This document shows positions 9,263-19,328 of a stretch of DNA of 64,000 nt, piece after piece. How positions within the stretch are numbered: position 1 is the first letter of the stretch; every line of letters begins with the position of its first letter. Source of the stretch: Bacteroidota bacterium (GTDB lineage Bacteria; Bacteroidota; Bacteroidia; J057; JADKCL01); NCBI GenBank assembly GCA_031424495.1, contig JANPHP010000270.1:10929-74928 (forward strand). Direction: 5' to 3'. The notes beneath the pieces are model-generated. The model worked only from the letters and a program-made list of their open reading frames with translations, did no database searches and was not told the DNA's origin. The translations under genes and the position numbers were made by a program.

Positions 9263-10596
9263 TGAAACGATTTTTCAAAAGCCTCTACCTGAGTCCACTG
9301 TTGTTTGGGCTATTGTCGGGAAATGTCGCCCTGTTTGTCTTGGCGCATTTCGTGCCGCCTTTTCAGATCATGGCGATCGGTGCGCTGGGCCTCACAGCGA
9401 CCGCGACGCTCATCGATATTGCGGTGCTGTACCGCGTACAAAAAGGTCTGGATGGCCGCCGCATCACGCCCGAAAAGCTGAGCAATGGCGACCACAATGA
9501 GATCACGGTCGAGATCGACAACTTCTACAATTTTGCCGTGCGGGCAGAGGTCATCGACGAGTTGCCCTTTCAATTTCAGAAGCGCGACACGCTGTTTCAT
9601 ACCAAAGTCGATTCTGGCAAGCGCCAAGAGCTGCTGTACAGCGTGCGCCCCATCAAGCGTGGCGAATATGAATTTGGTGCGCTCAAAGTCTATGCGCGCA
9701 CAGCAATGGGCATCATCGCACGTCGCTTTGAGTTTGAGATGGGCAAGACCCTGCCAGTTTATCCCAGCTATATGCAAATGCGTCAATATGAACTGCTTGC
9801 GATGAGCAATCGCCTGCAAGACATCGGTGTGAAGCGCATTCGCCGACTCGGACACAGTATGGAGTTTGAGCAGATCAGGGAATATGTCGTCGGCGACGAC
9901 CTGCGCACGCTCAATTGGAAAGCGACGGCCCGCGCCAATCGCTACATGGTAAACCAATATACCGAGGAAAAATCACAGCCGATCTATTGCGTGATCGACA
10001 AGGGCCGCATGATGAAAATGCCGTTTGAGGGGCTGAGCCTGCTCGACTATGCCATCAATGCGACCTTGGTCATGAGCAATATTGCGATCTACAAGCAAGA
10101 CCGCGCCGGCCTCATTACGTTTGCAGAGGAAATGGGTGTGGTGCTCAAGGCCAAGCGCAGTGCCACGCAAATGCAAGCCATCACCGAGATCCTCTACAAC
10201 CAAAAAACACGCTACCTAGAGAGCGACTTTGAATTGCTCTACACCAATGTAAGGAGGCAGATCAGCCACCGCTCCTTGATGCTGATTTTCACCAACTTTG
10301 ACAGCCTCTCGGCCATGCGCAGGCAGCTCCCCTACTTGCGCCGTTTGAACCGAGATCACCTGCTCGTCGTCATCTTTTTTGAGAATACCGAATTGCAGGA
10401 AATCATCCTCGCCCCCGCAACCAATACCAAAGAAGTTTACCTCAAAACCGTCGCCGAAAAATTTGCCTTTGAAAAGCGGCAGATTGTGCGCGAATTGAAT
10501 TTGCATGGCATACAGTCGGTGCTCACGGCGCCCGAGAATTTGACGGTGAATACGTTGAATAAGTATTTGGAATTGAAGTCTAGAGGGGTGATTTGA
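9262..10596 (+). CDS. DUF58 (VWA-like) protein
   Basis: EFEQIREY..GDD.R.LNWKATAR; directly downstream of moxR; GTG start. Confidence 0.9.
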   Translation: MKRFFKSLYLSPLLFGLLSGNVALFVLAHFVPPFQIMAIGALGLTATATLIDIAVLYRVQKGLDGRRITPEKLSNGDHNEITVEIDNFYNFAVRAEVIDELPFQFQKRDTLFHTKVDSGKRQELLYSVRPIKRGEYEFGALKVYARTAMGIIARRFEFEMGKTLPVYPSYMQMRQYELLAMSNRLQDIGVKRIRRLGHSMEFEQIREYVVGDDLRTLNWKATARANRYMVNQYTEEKSQPIYCVIDKGRMMKMPFEGLSLLDYAINATLVMSNIAIYKQDRAGLITFAEEMGVVLKAKRSATQMQAITEILYNQKTRYLESDFELLYTNVRRQISHRSLMLIFTNFDSLSAMRRQLPYLRRLNRDHLLVVIFFENTELQEIILAPATNTKEVYLKTVAEKFAFEKRQIVRELNLHGIQSVLTAPENLTVNTLNKYLELKSRGVI

Positions 10597-10710
10597 GGGG
10601 GGGAATTTCTCTTCTTTGAACATTTTCAGCCAATATGTGTTTGTCCTTTGTCGCTGATACCTCCAAGTCAGTGGGATCACAATTTTTCCATTTACCTGAT
10701 GCATTTCCTT

Positions 10711-11223
10711 ATGCAAAAGTTATTCGTTGCCTTGATGGTCGCATTGTTGAGCAGCCTGAATGTCGCGGCCCAAAAGCCTGCAAAAATTTCCCCTGCCGAC
10801 TTCAAGCCCGTATTCGGCGCTTGGAAGGGGGCGCTCACCTACCTCGATTATGGCACCGGCAAGCCCTTCAGCATGCCTGCAGACGTCGCGATTGCACAAA
10901 TTGGCAAGAGCAACCAATTGTTGTTCATCCATTCATACCCCGAGGAAGCCGAGGCCAATGAGACAGACACCGTCAGCATTTCGGCGGATGGGATGCTGCT
11001 CGACGGCGAAAAAGTCATTTCCAAGCGCAAACTCAAAGGCGGCAACCGCGAAATCGTCACCGAAATCATGGGCGTGGACGGCAACGACAGCAGGGCCGCG
11101 CGCATGCGTCACACCTATACCCTAGGCCGCAATATTTATGCGGTGCGAAAGGATGTCATGTTTGTGGGCGAAAGCAATTGGATCATGCGGCATGAATACC
11201 GATATGAAAAACGGTCCAATTGA
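10711..11223 (+). CDS. Hypothetical secreted protein, possibly a beta-barrel
   Basis: Signal peptide ending AAQ; W.G.LTYLDY motif. Confidence 0.65.
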   Translation: MQKLFVALMVALLSSLNVAAQKPAKISPADFKPVFGAWKGALTYLDYGTGKPFSMPADVAIAQIGKSNQLLFIHSYPEEAEANETDTVSISADGMLLDGEKVISKRKLKGGNREIVTEIMGVDGNDSRAARMRHTYTLGRNIYAVRKDVMFVGESNWIMRHEYRYEKRSN

Positions 11224-11335
11224 CAATTGACAATTGAGCCTGTTACGGGGGTGGCTTGAGTGTGATTTCGAGAGTGAGAGCGAGTGTTTTGGGACGGCTT
11301 GAGTGTGAGTTTGAGTGTGAGAGCGAGTGTGAAAG
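11217..11335. repeat. Short tandem repeats: (CAATTGA)x3 then a degenerate GAGTGT/TTGAGT hexamer array
   Basis: Read directly between convergent genes. Confidence 0.7.
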
Positions 11336-11347
11336 CTAGCGGTCGCC

Positions 11348-11518
11348 TTAGGGCTCCCATCCCTGGCAACGACTCACAGGCTGCGGCGGGTATTTCATGA
11401 ACCTTTCATCCGTCTTGGCCTTCTCGCACATCATGAACACAGACCCACGCGCATTGGCGGTCGTGCGCAGGTGGCGGCAGCGGTGACAGAGACTCGTGGG
11501 AAAGGGCTGGGCTTCCAT
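11348..11518 (-). CDS. Small Cys-rich protein (56 aa)
   Basis: C-x2-C...C...KYP.QPV..C pattern; fills the gap between genes. Confidence 0.6.
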   Translation of the reverse strand: MEAQPFPTSLCHRCRHLRTTANARGSVFMMCEKAKTDERFMKYPPQPVSRCQGWEP

Positions 11519-11601
11519 GATGGCCAAACTACGCAATTCGGCCAATGTTTTGCAAGCTGCTTGAGATGGACTATTTTTGGGCCGCTTAAACTGGTAGGTT
11601 G

Positions 11602-12777
11602 ATGAAATTTCTAGAAGTAAAACTCGGCGACAAAAAGCTCATCCGTGAGTTTTTGGAGCTCCCTGTGCGCATTTACAAGGACGATCCACTTTGGATTCGC
11701 CCACTCGACAAGGACATAGAGGGCATTTTTTCGGCCGAAACCAATAAATTTTGGCGTCACGGCAAGGCGATTCGTTGGATTTTGCAGAATGACAAGGGCG
11801 AAACCGTCGGCCGCACCGCCGCCTTCATCAACGATCGCACGGCCAAGACCGAAGATCAGCCGACCGGTGGCATGGGCTTTTTTGAGTGCATCGACGACCA
11901 AGCCACCGCCAATTTGCTTTTTGACAAGTGCAAGGAATGGCTTGCCGCTGAGGGTATGGAGGCCATGGACGGCCCCATCAATTTTGGGGAACGCGAGGCG
12001 TGGTGGGGCTTGCTGTATGAAGGCCGCCACGAGCCGGTTTATCAAATGAATTATCAGCCCGCATATTATATCCCGCTGTTTGAAAACTATGGTTTTCAAA
12101 CGTATTTCAAGCAGCATGTTTTGTACCGTCCTGTCATGGAGCCCATGCAGGAGCGCTTCCGAGAAAAGGCCGAAATGGTCGCCCGCGATCCCAACTATCG
12201 ATTCACGACCCTCAAAAAGAGTCAAATCACAAAATTTGCGGAAGATTTTCGCACGATTTTGAATGGAGCCTGGGGCGGACATGCAGGCTTCAAGCCGATG
12301 CGCACCGAGCAAAGTCGTTCGATTATGAACAAGCTCAAACCAATTTTGGCGGAAGAATTGGCGATTTTTGGCTACTATAAAGATGAGCCGATCGCATTTT
12401 TCATCATGATCCCCGACATGAATCAGGTGTTCAAGGATTTTAATGGGAAATTCGGACTGATCGAGAAACTCAAAACTTTGTGGCGCATCAAAATGCGCAA
12501 AATCACCAAATGTTATGGCATTGTTTTCGGCATCGTGAAAGCCCATCAAGGCAAAGGCGTCGATGGCGGATTGATCAACCATGCCCGCAGCGTCTTGCAG
12601 CCCATGAACCATTGGAACCACATGGAGATGATCTGGATTGGCGATTTTAATCCTAAAATGCTCAATGTAGCCTACGGCATCGGCGGTACCGACTATAAAA
12701 TCTACCACACATTGCGCTATCTTTTTGACCGCGAAAAAACCTTCAAGCGCCTACCGATTATCGGTGAAGGACATTGA
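11602..12777 (+). CDS. YghO-like / GNAT-fold hypothetical protein
   Basis: GFFEC, GPINF.ER..WG.L, C-terminal acetyl-CoA-binding-like HQGKG motif. Confidence 0.7.
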   Translation: MKFLEVKLGDKKLIREFLELPVRIYKDDPLWIRPLDKDIEGIFSAETNKFWRHGKAIRWILQNDKGETVGRTAAFINDRTAKTEDQPTGGMGFFECIDDQATANLLFDKCKEWLAAEGMEAMDGPINFGEREAWWGLLYEGRHEPVYQMNYQPAYYIPLFENYGFQTYFKQHVLYRPVMEPMQERFREKAEMVARDPNYRFTTLKKSQITKFAEDFRTILNGAWGGHAGFKPMRTEQSRSIMNKLKPILAEELAIFGYYKDEPIAFFIMIPDMNQVFKDFNGKFGLIEKLKTLWRIKMRKITKCYGIVFGIVKAHQGKGVDGGLINHARSVLQPMNHWNHMEMIWIGDFNPKMLNVAYGIGGTDYKIYHTLRYLFDREKTFKRLPIIGEGH

Positions 12778-12791
12778 TTGGTGATCGTTTT

Positions 12792-12880
12792 GAATTAGGA
12801 ATTAGGAATGAGGAATGAGAAATTCCTAATTCCTAATTCCTAATTCCCAATTCCTAATTCCCAATTCCTAATTCCTAATT
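12792..12880. repeat. Inverted heptamer tandem array, (GAATT/GAG)x4 facing (AATTCCY)x8
   Basis: Read directly; overlaps the stop codon of the LuxE-like gene. Confidence 0.9.
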
Positions 12881-13840
12881 GTACATCAAATTGCATCCCC
12901 GCAATTCCGCATTGTCCATGCGGCCTAGGACTTCGAAGCTGCCGTCTTGGTGCAGGCGACCTAGGTCGTCGGTGGCGATGAATGCACAGGAATGCAGGTT
13001 GGCGAGGTCGATCACATTGAGGCGGCCGACTTGCCCAGCGGGCACGATGCGGTTGGGAATATAGCTGTCGGTGATCACCACACGCATCCACGGCGGGCAA
13101 TGAAAGCGCTCGTCGCCCATGCTATAGGCCTGACTGAGCAGCTCAGTCATACCATATTCTGAATGGATATTGCGCAGGCCAAATGCGGTGCGCAGCTCTG
13201 CATGCAGCGCACCGCGCGTAAGCTCTTCGCGGCGGCCTTTCATGCCGCCCGTTTCCATCACGATGGTATCGGGCGGCAATTGCAGCGCATATTGCGCTGC
13301 AAAATCAAGCAAAGCGAAGCTTACACCGATGAGCAGGATGCGTTCGCCGCGCTCGGCGGCCTCGACCAAACCTTGCTGCAATGCTGCAAAGTTGTCCAAA
13401 TAAAAGCCGCTTCCCGGTTGCCCAAACGTCAAGATCCATGTCTTGACCATGTGAACCAATGAGGAATCTGTGCGCTCCAAATAGCTGGGCAAAAGGGCAA
13501 ATATAGTGTAGTCGCCTGCACCATAGGAGTACCGAAATCCTTCCAACAAGGAAGCTTCATAAAGCGACAAATCCTTGACGAGGTGGCGCGAGGGCTCCTG
13601 CCCAGTCGTGCCGCTGCTGCGGTAGACCGCCTGCGGCGACCAATCCTCCCCGCAACGCATATCGAAATCCTTGAAAAACCGAATCGGAATGAATTGCTGC
13701 TGTACATCACCTAGCGCTGCGCAATATCGTTCAATCACTGGATTGGCAACACGCTGGTATTGCCAAATACGGTCTACGGTGACTTCAAAGTCCAGCGCAG
13801 TGTTGCATATCTCCTGAGCCGTCGGCAGCAATAGATTCAT
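12875..13840 (-). CDS. LuxE/PaaK-like acyl-protein synthetase / acyl transferase
   Basis: SSGTTG, ETGGMKG, SEYGMTELLSQAY, GR...ELRGC. Confidence 0.85.
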   Translation of the reverse strand: MNLLLPTAQEICNTALDFEVTVDRIWQYQRVANPVIERYCAALGDVQQQFIPIRFFKDFDMRCGEDWSPQAVYRSSGTTGQEPSRHLVKDLSLYEASLLEGFRYSYGAGDYTIFALLPSYLERTDSSLVHMVKTWILTFGQPGSGFYLDNFAALQQGLVEAAERGERILLIGVSFALLDFAAQYALQLPPDTIVMETGGMKGRREELTRGALHAELRTAFGLRNIHSEYGMTELLSQAYSMGDERFHCPPWMRVVITDSYIPNRIVPAGQVGRLNVIDLANLHSCAFIATDDLGRLHQDGSFEVLGRMDNAELRGCNLMYN

Positions 13841-13907
13841 GCCACCAAATTAAGCCTTTTTGTCGGAATGCATCGTTTTCCCTGCTTGGGCACTCCGGCA
13901 ATCGCGC

Positions 13908-14561
13908 TCATCCGCCGGTACCGACGCAAGTATTGCGCTGGGTGGCGGAGCGATACCAACGCGCTGATTCACCGCCGTAGCTATAGTGAATGGTGACGAG
14001 GACCTCATCGACCTGTGGGCGTGCAATCGTGCCGGCACTTTGGACTTCAATGGAAACCCCAAAACCTGCGGAATTTACATCTGCAACCTTCCAAGTCGCA
14101 TCCCATTTCTCTGTCGCTTCACCATAATATGCCGCTGTCCACTCTGCATCCCAAGTATCATTGGTATGCAGGCTCGCGCCGACCGTTGCATTGCCGCGCA
14201 ACAACATCACCCGCTTGTCTTGGATCGATCCATCGACATCGGCCTTGCGAATCATGATGACCTCGATCCCCTCGATTTTGGCTTCGGCAGGGAGTTTGAA
14301 TCCAAAATTTGTGATCTTGAGGGCTTGGCTGAATTGATCCTTCGTGAGCGGCGCAGTATAAGTACGCGACTCATCGTCATCCCACCGTGCATTGCTCGGC
14401 TCGGCCCAAACGAATCCCTGGCCTGGCTCGGAGACAAATGATCTACCACCATTCGGGCCCAACTCTTCGCCTTGCCCATAGACGGAACTTCCAGAAAAAA
14501 TGATCCCCACGGCCATGACTATCCCGGTCATGCGCTGCAGATGCAAGCCAATTTTTTTCAT
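13908..14561 (-). CDS. Secreted hypothetical protein with a single beta-rich domain
   Basis: Signal peptide; TNFGF.LP....I.GIEV...YG....W...W...DVNS..FGV pattern. Confidence 0.65.
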   Translation of the reverse strand: MKKIGLHLQRMTGIVMAVGIIFSGSSVYGQGEELGPNGGRSFVSEPGQGFVWAEPSNARWDDDESRTYTAPLTKDQFSQALKITNFGFKLPAEAKIEGIEVIMIRKADVDGSIQDKRVMLLRGNATVGASLHTNDTWDAEWTAAYYGEATEKWDATWKVADVNSAGFGVSIEVQSAGTIARPQVDEVLVTIHYSYGGESARWYRSATQRNTCVGTGG

Positions 14562-14902
14562 ATCACCACACCCAAAATTACAACGACAAGGGCTTTTCAC
14601 CCTGAATCCATTCTCAAAAGGCAACCTGATCCAATTCGTTAAGCAAAGTAGCTCCCAGCAACAAAAGCACCAACTTTTCTTATGCACAATCTCTGCACAA
14701 ACTGAGCAGTGCTCACAAACAATCCATTCAATTTCAAAGCTTTAAACATGAACTCCTTAACCAATACTTCGTTTGTGTCCATGAGATCCCTCCTTGCGGC
14801 AACACAGCAGTAGATTTCACAAATCAAGGCCAAAAAAGAAAGAAACCCTTTATCAAACCCGTACTTTCTCACTAAATTGCAATCCAAAACGCGGAAAGAT
14901 CG

Positions 14903-15820
14903 ATGATTCCATACAATCCCAAGAATTGGTTAACCCTGATTTTTAATTTCCATTCCTCCCAAATGATGCGCAACATGATCCCCACGATGTTGGGCATTGG
15001 CATACTTTCGGCTGGCATGACTTGGTTTTTTACAGCTATCGTCCCTCTCAACATGCCCGAGGGCCTCAACATTCACACGTTTGTAGGCATTGTTTTGGGC
15101 TTGGTACTCGTTTTTCGCACCAACACGGCATACGACCGCTGGTGGGAAGGTCGCCGCCAATTTGGGGCGCTCACCAACTGCTCCCGCAACATGGCGCTCA
15201 AGCTCAATGCAATGCTGCCAACCCAAGACCACGAGTCGAGGCAGTTTTTTGGGAAGACCATCCCCAATTTCTACTTTGCCCTCAAAGAGCACCTGCGCGA
15301 TGGCGTGAAAAAAGACGAATTGCATCTGGATGCAACCGATTATGCCGATGAGTTGGGCAAGGTGCGCCACGTGCCCAACCTCATCGTGGCCCACATGCAG
15401 GATCGCATCAACCTAATGCTGAGGCAAAAAATCATCGAGGGCGATCAGTATCGCGTGCTCAACGACGATCTTGTGACCATGATCGATGTCGCAGGTGCCT
15501 GTGAACGCATTCAGCGCACGCCGATTCCGATTTCCTACAGCATTTTCATCAAGCAGATCGTCATCATTTACCTGCTCTCAATGCCACTCAGCACGATCAC
15601 GTCACTGGGCTATTACACCATCCCGATGGTGATGTTTACGACATATCTGCTCGCGGGCATCGAATTGCTTGCCGAGGAAATTGAGGACCCTTTTGGGCTG
15701 GATCCCAATGACTTGGATACCGACGGTATGGCTGCCAATGTGCGGGCACAAGTACAAGAAATCTTGATCGGGGGACTGGGCATTTCCCAAAATATCCGGC
15801 TGAACAAGCTGGAGTCTTGA
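14903..15820 (+). CDS. Bestrophin-family ion channel (YneE-like)
   Basis: FRTNTAYDRWWEGR, CERI..TPIP, EIEDPFG.D.NDL. Confidence 0.92.
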   Translation: MIPYNPKNWLTLIFNFHSSQMMRNMIPTMLGIGILSAGMTWFFTAIVPLNMPEGLNIHTFVGIVLGLVLVFRTNTAYDRWWEGRRQFGALTNCSRNMALKLNAMLPTQDHESRQFFGKTIPNFYFALKEHLRDGVKKDELHLDATDYADELGKVRHVPNLIVAHMQDRINLMLRQKIIEGDQYRVLNDDLVTMIDVAGACERIQRTPIPISYSIFIKQIVIIYLLSMPLSTITSLGYYTIPMVMFTTYLLAGIELLAEEIEDPFGLDPNDLDTDGMAANVRAQVQEILIGGLGISQNIRLNKLES

Positions 15821-17283
15821 ATGCAACACCACAATTGAGTCCCGATTGGAAGTTGTTCGCAACCGCCGCATTGGCTTTGTTGCTTCTGGTTTGGACAATG
15901 GTATTGCCTCAAACTTGCACGCCAATTCCGCTGTTTTGGGGCTTGGTTGCCTTAGCAGGAATGAGCCTCCTTTACTTGCTATGGCGCGAGCCAATCGCCT
16001 ATGTAACCATCGCGACAGCAAGTATGCTCGGCTTGCCGATGACTGGCGAATGGGCGCTCGCGGGATCGTGGGTTGCAACAGCCATGATGGCATTGGCGGC
16101 ATTGCGTTGGTGGCTTTTGGTACTTCAGGGGCAAATGCATTGGCGGTCAGGGTATGGATGGGCCATTTTGTTTACCGTTTTGTGGATCGCTTGGGGAATG
16201 GTAGCTGCTGCCAGCAGTCCCGAACCTTGGGTTTCGGCAAAGCCGGCTGTGCAAATCGCGGCTTTGGTACTTGGCGCCATCGCCTGCGGTCACTGGATCG
16301 CGCAGGCTCCCGCCGCGCGCAACAACTGGATCGTACTCTGTACCCTAGGCTTGGCTTGCCTCGCGATCCGTAATTGGATGCTTTTCCCAACCTTGTCCAA
16401 AGCAGCGCCAATGCCCTATTGGTTGGATGCAAATTTTTTCTCGGCAGGCTTGGTGATCATGGTGCCGTTGCTGTTGTGGCGCATCACCCAAGCGGCAACA
16501 CTGCCGCCGATGAGAAAACGCATTTTTCGAGTGGTAGGGCTTGTTTTATTGTTGGCGTTCTTGGCAACGATAGGCCATTTCAATTCTCGCGGCGCTTGGC
16601 TGAGCCTCGCAGTCACTGCTGCAATCATGCCACTCTTTTTTTGGAAGGGTCGCAAATTCAGGCGTTTTTGGATCGTGGGAATCGTTGCGTTTGCCGCAAT
16701 TCTCATCCTGGTTTTGCCCAATATCAAGTCGGCCCATTCGCCCCAAACACGAAACCGCATACCACAAACGATCGACCGCCTACAATCGATCGGCGACACG
16801 CAAGAATTTAGCAATCGCGAGCGCCTCATGCGATGGACCTGCGCGTGGCGAATGGCCTATTCCAAGCCCGTGGTCGGGCACGGGCCCGGCAGATTCGCTC
16901 CGCTTTTCAAGAACTTCCTCCAAGATCGGCATGAAACCGCGCAAATCGCCTACTGGTTTGGCTGGCGATTTGGCGCGCATTCAGACGGCCTCACCGTGCT
17001 TGCAGAAACAGGATTCCCCGGTTTTCTCCTGTTCCTGCTCATGTTGGGAGCCTGGGGCTGGGCGGCCTTGCGCCCTGGGCAAATGGAATTTCTGCCAACG
17101 CATTTTCGCTGTGCCGTTTTCAGCGCATTGCTCACATGGCTCGTGCATGGACAATTCAACGATTTGCTGGGCAGCGCCTGCATAGCGACTTGGGTGTTTG
17201 TCCTATTGGGAATGCTGTCCGCGCAAGCGCCCACTTCAGCGCATTCGATTCCTGCCGAAGAGAACGAGATGCTGCCTGTGTGA
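15817..17283 (+). CDS. O-antigen ligase family membrane protein
   Basis: Many TM segments, SRGAWL, R...W, G.GPG.F, AHS....LAETG..G. Confidence 0.8.
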   Translation: MNATPQLSPDWKLFATAALALLLLVWTMVLPQTCTPIPLFWGLVALAGMSLLYLLWREPIAYVTIATASMLGLPMTGEWALAGSWVATAMMALAALRWWLLVLQGQMHWRSGYGWAILFTVLWIAWGMVAAASSPEPWVSAKPAVQIAALVLGAIACGHWIAQAPAARNNWIVLCTLGLACLAIRNWMLFPTLSKAAPMPYWLDANFFSAGLVIMVPLLLWRITQAATLPPMRKRIFRVVGLVLLLAFLATIGHFNSRGAWLSLAVTAAIMPLFFWKGRKFRRFWIVGIVAFAAILILVLPNIKSAHSPQTRNRIPQTIDRLQSIGDTQEFSNRERLMRWTCAWRMAYSKPVVGHGPGRFAPLFKNFLQDRHETAQIAYWFGWRFGAHSDGLTVLAETGFPGFLLFLLMLGAWGWAALRPGQMEFLPTHFRCAVFSALLTWLVHGQFNDLLGSACIATWVFVLLGMLSAQAPTSAHSIPAEENEMLPV

Positions 17284-17353
17284 TCGCCGACTTTTCCAGC
17301 GGCCATGCCTGAAATTGCCCATCCTTAAGCCATTCCCCATCTCCGAAAAAGGC

Positions 17354-17361
17354 TATCTTTG
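17354..17361 (+). promoter_or_regulatory. Bacteroidota -7 promoter box upstream of nadE
   Basis: TATCTTTG matches TAnnTTTG, 17 nt before the ATG. Confidence 0.6.
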
Positions 17362-17378
17362 CCAAAACCGTCGAAAAA

Positions 17379-19307
17379 ATGAAATACATTCGCGTAGCCG
17401 GCGCCGCTGTCAATCAGACGCCTTTGGATTGGGAAAACAACGTCCAAAACTTGATCGGAGCCATCAGAGAGGCTAGGTCGCAAGGTGTGTCCCTGTTGTG
17501 CTTGCCAGAATTGTCGATCTGCGGCTATGGCTGCGAGGATACTTTCTTTAGCAGCTCGGTTTTGGAGCGCAGCCTGCACGGCCTGCGCCGCATCGCTGCC
17601 GAGTGCTCAGACATTATCGTTTCCGTAGGCTTGCCGATGGAGCTGGAAAACTGCCTTTACAATGTATCGGCATTGATCCAAAACCGTGAGATCCTGGGTT
17701 TTGCAGCCAAGCAGGAGCTCGCTGGCGACGGTGTACACTACGAGCCGCGCTGGTTCAAGCGCTGGCCCGACAACCTCGTGCTTGACTACAGCCTCGACGG
17801 CGAATCCTACCCATTTGGCGACGTGATCTTTGAGATCGACGGCATCCGTATCGGGTTTGAGATCTGCGAAGATGCCTGGAACGGCGTGCGCCCCGCACAG
17901 GACCACTACCTGCACAATGTCGACATCATCCTGAATCCCAGCGCATCCCACTTTGCCTTTGGCAAGAGCAAGGTACGTGAGAAACTGGTGGCCGAGACCA
18001 CGCGTGGTTTTTATTGTGCCTATATCTACAGCAACCTGCTCGGCAATGAAGCGGGGCGCATCATTTACGATGGCGAGATCCTAATTGCCCAAGGCGGGCA
18101 GATTTTGGCCCACAACGAGCGGTTTTCCTTTGAAATGTTTCAAGTCGTCACGGCGGTGCTCGACGTCGAGGCCATTCGTCGGCAGAAGAAAAAGTCCTTC
18201 AATTTCGAGCCGATCTTTCCCGACAATCTCATCCACGGCGACTTTGAAATCCCCGAGGTGCAGAGCGGCTATACCGAGGCGCCTGCGGCCATGGTCCACT
18301 TGAGCAAGTACGAGGAGTTTCACAAGGCCCTGGCCTTGGGGCTTTTTGACTACATGCGCAAGAGTTACAGCCGCGGCTTTGTGGTCTCGCTCTCAGGCGG
18401 CGCCGACAGCAGTTGCTGCGTGGCGATGGTGAGCGAGTCCTTGCGCATGGCGCGCAAGGAACTGGGCGACGAGGCCTTTCGCAAGCGCCTCGCTTACCTG
18501 GACCTGGGCGACCTCGACACGCTCAATGCACGCTTGCTCACGACCGTGTACCAAGAGACCGACAACAGCGGTGACGCCACCGAGACGAGCGCCCGCGAAC
18601 TCGCCAAGAGCTTGGGTGCGACATTCTATATGTGGAATGTCCAGAAACTTTATGACAATTACATCTCCCTCGCCGAGGGCAGCATTGCGCGGCCGCTCGA
18701 GTGGTCGACCGATGATATTACGCTGCAAAACATTCAGGCGCGCCTGCGCTCGCCGGGCGTGTGGATGCTCGCCAACATCAACAATGCACTTTTGCTCACG
18801 ACGAGCAATCGCAGCGAGGCTGCAGTCGGCTATGCCACCATGGACGGCGACACCTCTGGCGGATTGTCGCCACTGGGCGGCATCGACAAAGCATTTTTGC
18901 GCGGATGGCTCATCTGGGCACAGGAAACACAGGGCCTGACCGGGCTGCAATATGTGAACAAACTCGCGCCCACGGCCGAGTTGCGTCCGGCCGAGAATGC
19001 GCAGACTGATGAGGGCGACCTGATGCCCTACCCTATTCTGGACAAGATCGAGAAAGCTGCGATCCGCGACTACAAAAGTCCGGTTGAGGTCTTCAAGACC
19101 TTGCGCGGCATCGTCGACGACGCAAGTCTGAAGCGCTACATTACCAAATTTTACACCCTCTGGTCGCGCAATCAGTGGAAGCGCGAACGCTACGCGCCGA
19201 GTTTCCACCTCGACGACGAGAATCTCGACCCCAAGACCTGGTGCAGGTTCCCGATCCTGAGCGGCAGCTTCCGAGAGGAATTGAAGGAGTTGGCGGCGTA
19301 TATGTGA
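17379..19307 (+). CDS. nadE: Glutamine-dependent NAD+ synthetase
   Basis: Nitrilase domain (LPEL, EICED.W), SLSGGADS, QNIQAR.R, PTAELRP, RNQWKR. Confidence 0.95.
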   Translation: MKYIRVAGAAVNQTPLDWENNVQNLIGAIREARSQGVSLLCLPELSICGYGCEDTFFSSSVLERSLHGLRRIAAECSDIIVSVGLPMELENCLYNVSALIQNREILGFAAKQELAGDGVHYEPRWFKRWPDNLVLDYSLDGESYPFGDVIFEIDGIRIGFEICEDAWNGVRPAQDHYLHNVDIILNPSASHFAFGKSKVREKLVAETTRGFYCAYIYSNLLGNEAGRIIYDGEILIAQGGQILAHNERFSFEMFQVVTAVLDVEAIRRQKKKSFNFEPIFPDNLIHGDFEIPEVQSGYTEAPAAMVHLSKYEEFHKALALGLFDYMRKSYSRGFVVSLSGGADSSCCVAMVSESLRMARKELGDEAFRKRLAYLDLGDLDTLNARLLTTVYQETDNSGDATETSARELAKSLGATFYMWNVQKLYDNYISLAEGSIARPLEWSTDDITLQNIQARLRSPGVWMLANINNALLLTTSNRSEAAVGYATMDGDTSGGLSPLGGIDKAFLRGWLIWAQETQGLTGLQYVNKLAPTAELRPAENAQTDEGDLMPYPILDKIEKAAIRDYKSPVEVFKTLRGIVDDASLKRYITKFYTLWSRNQWKRERYAPSFHLDDENLDPKTWCRFPILSGSFREELKELAAYM

Positions 19308-19328
19308 TTTTTTGATTAGCTTGAAGGT

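Noticed and set aside
11611..12708. 365-aa antisense ORF (likewise 18393-19400, 21583-22617, 33973-34926, 44810-45787, 47522-48502)
   Set aside because: Each fully overlaps a well-supported gene on the opposite strand, as expected from codon bias
12875..13840. Bioluminescence (lux) locus
   Set aside because: Only a LuxE-like gene is present, with no luxAB/CD; standalone homologues are common in Bacteroidota
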